Positions 62,040 through 64,000 of a DNA stretch of 64,000 bases are shown one piece after another. The notes beneath the pieces were generated by a model that worked only from the letters and a program-made list of their open reading frames with translations, ran no database searches and was not told the DNA's origin. Numbering within the stretch: the stretch's first letter is position 1; each line of letters starts with the position of its first letter. A program made the translations under genes and the position numbers. The DNA is from Pseudogymnoascus verrucosus (taxonomy: Eukaryota). Location: assembly GCA_001662655.1 (NCBI GenBank), contig KV460284.1; one strand, written 5' to 3'.

Positions 62040-64000
62040 GTTGAAGAATTGAACGCGAGGTCGATCGGTGTAAAGAGTGACTGGTATCCGAGGATACTGA
62101 ATGAGCGACAAAGGGCAGAAATAACAAAAAAATGAAGGTCAGCGGCGCAGTAATGTAAAGTGTAAAAGGTTAAGAAAGCTGAAGGCGGAGGTGTCGCAGA
62201 TGGACATAGGCAGCGAGGGCCAGGCGCCAGTCCAGTGTCAGCCCCCGCAGGGATCCTCTTACCTGAGGGCCTCATTGGAAATTGGGTGTGAAGTCCATCG
62301 AACTGCCCATCTTAGCGGACCAACAGGCAGGTGGATACTCACAGGGAAGAAATTAACGATCATATCGAAGGGTTGGACTGGGGTGTGTCTCCCAAAATAA
62401 ACCATAAGTCTAGCCCAGGGCGGACAAGATGGCGAGAAAGTCTCTCAATATTTCCCCGGAACCTACCTTTTGCAGCTGGATGAGGCGAATCATCAAGTGA
62501 TCTAGGAACGGCAAATGTTCAGCCCCTTGCCTTGATTGCGGCAATGGTGGTAGGTAGACAGACGATGTATTGATTTGAGGCGTTTCTTTGGTTTGTTGGG
62601 GGGGCTCATCGCTGACACGGTAAGGGTCCATGGTTGTAGAGCACCCGCGGCACAGTGTCTGAAAGCCACGAGGTAGGTGCGGCTGGGGGGGAGCAAGAAA
62701 GAGTCCGCAGCACGCAACGAACGCATCCATGCATTGGCCCCATGGGTGTCGGTGTCTCTGTTTGTCACTTCACCTGTGCCTCGACGCATCCAATCAAGGA
62801 TGCGTAGACGGAAAGTGCATTGGGCGGCGCAGCAGCGACAACAGCAGCAGAGTGAATGGACAGTGAGTGGACAGCGAGTGGACCATGGTGGATGACGGTG
62901 GATGGTTGGTGGATTATAGTGGATGACAGTGGATGACAGTGGATCTAAGCCATGGTGCCGCACATTCCGACGTTGACGGGTCTTATTGGATGAATGTGCC
63001 AATGAGGCAGCTGGGGGGAATATTTACCCATGGAGAAGTGGGAATTTAGCAACAGAAGCAACAGTGCGCAATTACGGCTAATCCCCTCTAGTGCCCAAAG
63101 GAGTAAAAAGGAAGCAAGCATGGAGACACCACCACACACCATCAGAACACTAGCGATAGGCAGCGTTAGGCAGTGTGTTGGACTGTGGAGGCAAAAGGGG
63201 ATCAGCAAGATTCTTAAGGGTCTGAAGGTTCTGACCGCCCATGACCGACATCTTAGGCATCTTGCGCATCTCACGGATTTGACCGACCACACCACAACAG
63301 CTTACCTGCTTTGGGGATAGCCGGGTCTAATGGGCCGATCCAGTGAAACTAACGTCAGGAACGGAAGAACTAATCCTCCACATTGCTTATCTTTTTATCT
63401 TTTCTTGTCTCCTGATTGCTGACATCATTTAAGCGAGGTCTCATGTCTTTCGAGTATCGAGTCTGGAGTCTCAGGTCGGGAAGTGGGAACCTCAATCAAG
63501 CCTCACGTCTCACGTTCTCCTTGAAGCAATACAACGCGCGAGTCACATGACACATACATCCCCATCCCAACAACACACCTACCTAACCCTGGCTTATGGG
63601 AATTTCTGAATATGGCAATGCCAAGACAGATATATTGTGCATTATAAGACAATAAACAAACTGCAAATCAACCTCCTACTAACTTCCTTAATAATCAAAG
63701 TCATGTGCTGATTATCTCATTGGACGACAATTGGGAAGGAGCGAGACACCACATCATCATGCCTCGAGTAACCTTAGTAACCTTAGCACCGTTCCTGGCC
63801 TGACAAAGACAGCAATGAGGGGTAAGACACGATATTCAACAGTTTACCTCATAGCTGTCTTAAACACCTATTACTACTCTTCATATTATATTCCATAGTC
63901 CTCTTCTGTCATTATTTAAATCTCCAAAAACCAATGCTATAATGTCTTCGTGAGTGACGACTCTACCCCAGATTCTTCCCTATCGCCTTCCCACTTGGTC

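Noticed and set aside
63578..63790. Telomere-like CTAACCCT / ACCTTAG motifs
   Set aside because: Only one or two imperfect units; expected by chance.

Overview
Eukaryotic DNA from a filamentous ascomycete, judged from short GT-AG introns with CTRAY branch sites, Pezizomycotina-type genes and RIP-like mutation. A Leotiomycete such as Pseudogymnoascus is my guess, not something the sequence proves. The window opens with a complete but RIP-inactivated hAT DNA transposon (3-2538). It then holds 13 spliced protein-coding genes, whose exons I reconstructed by hand. In order: SWR1, complex I subunit NDUFB8, a conserved hypothetical protein, a SCOC/Slo1-like coiled-coil protein, a Munc13-like MUN/C2 protein, a group III hybrid histidine kinase (NIK1/Os-1), an MFS efflux pump, a TmpL/NPS12-like adenylation-membrane-flavoprotein fusion, a GT2 glycosyltransferase, THOC5, an IZH3-like PAQR, TRS130, a BTB protein and a GPI-anchored Ser/Thr-rich wall protein (14 counting each named product). 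Most notable: (1) the last NIK1 intron is an open reading frame ending in an SV40-like NLS (KKRKV), so intron retention would switch the kinase C-terminus; (2) an MFS-TmpL-GT2 gene trio that may be a carrier-less adenylation/redox/glycosylation module; (3) repeated C-rich to G-rich strand-skew switches that cross genes of both orientations; (4) a TACWGTA palindrome concentrated in long intergenic regions. I found no tRNA, rRNA or CRISPR array. All family assignments come from motif recognition, not database searches.
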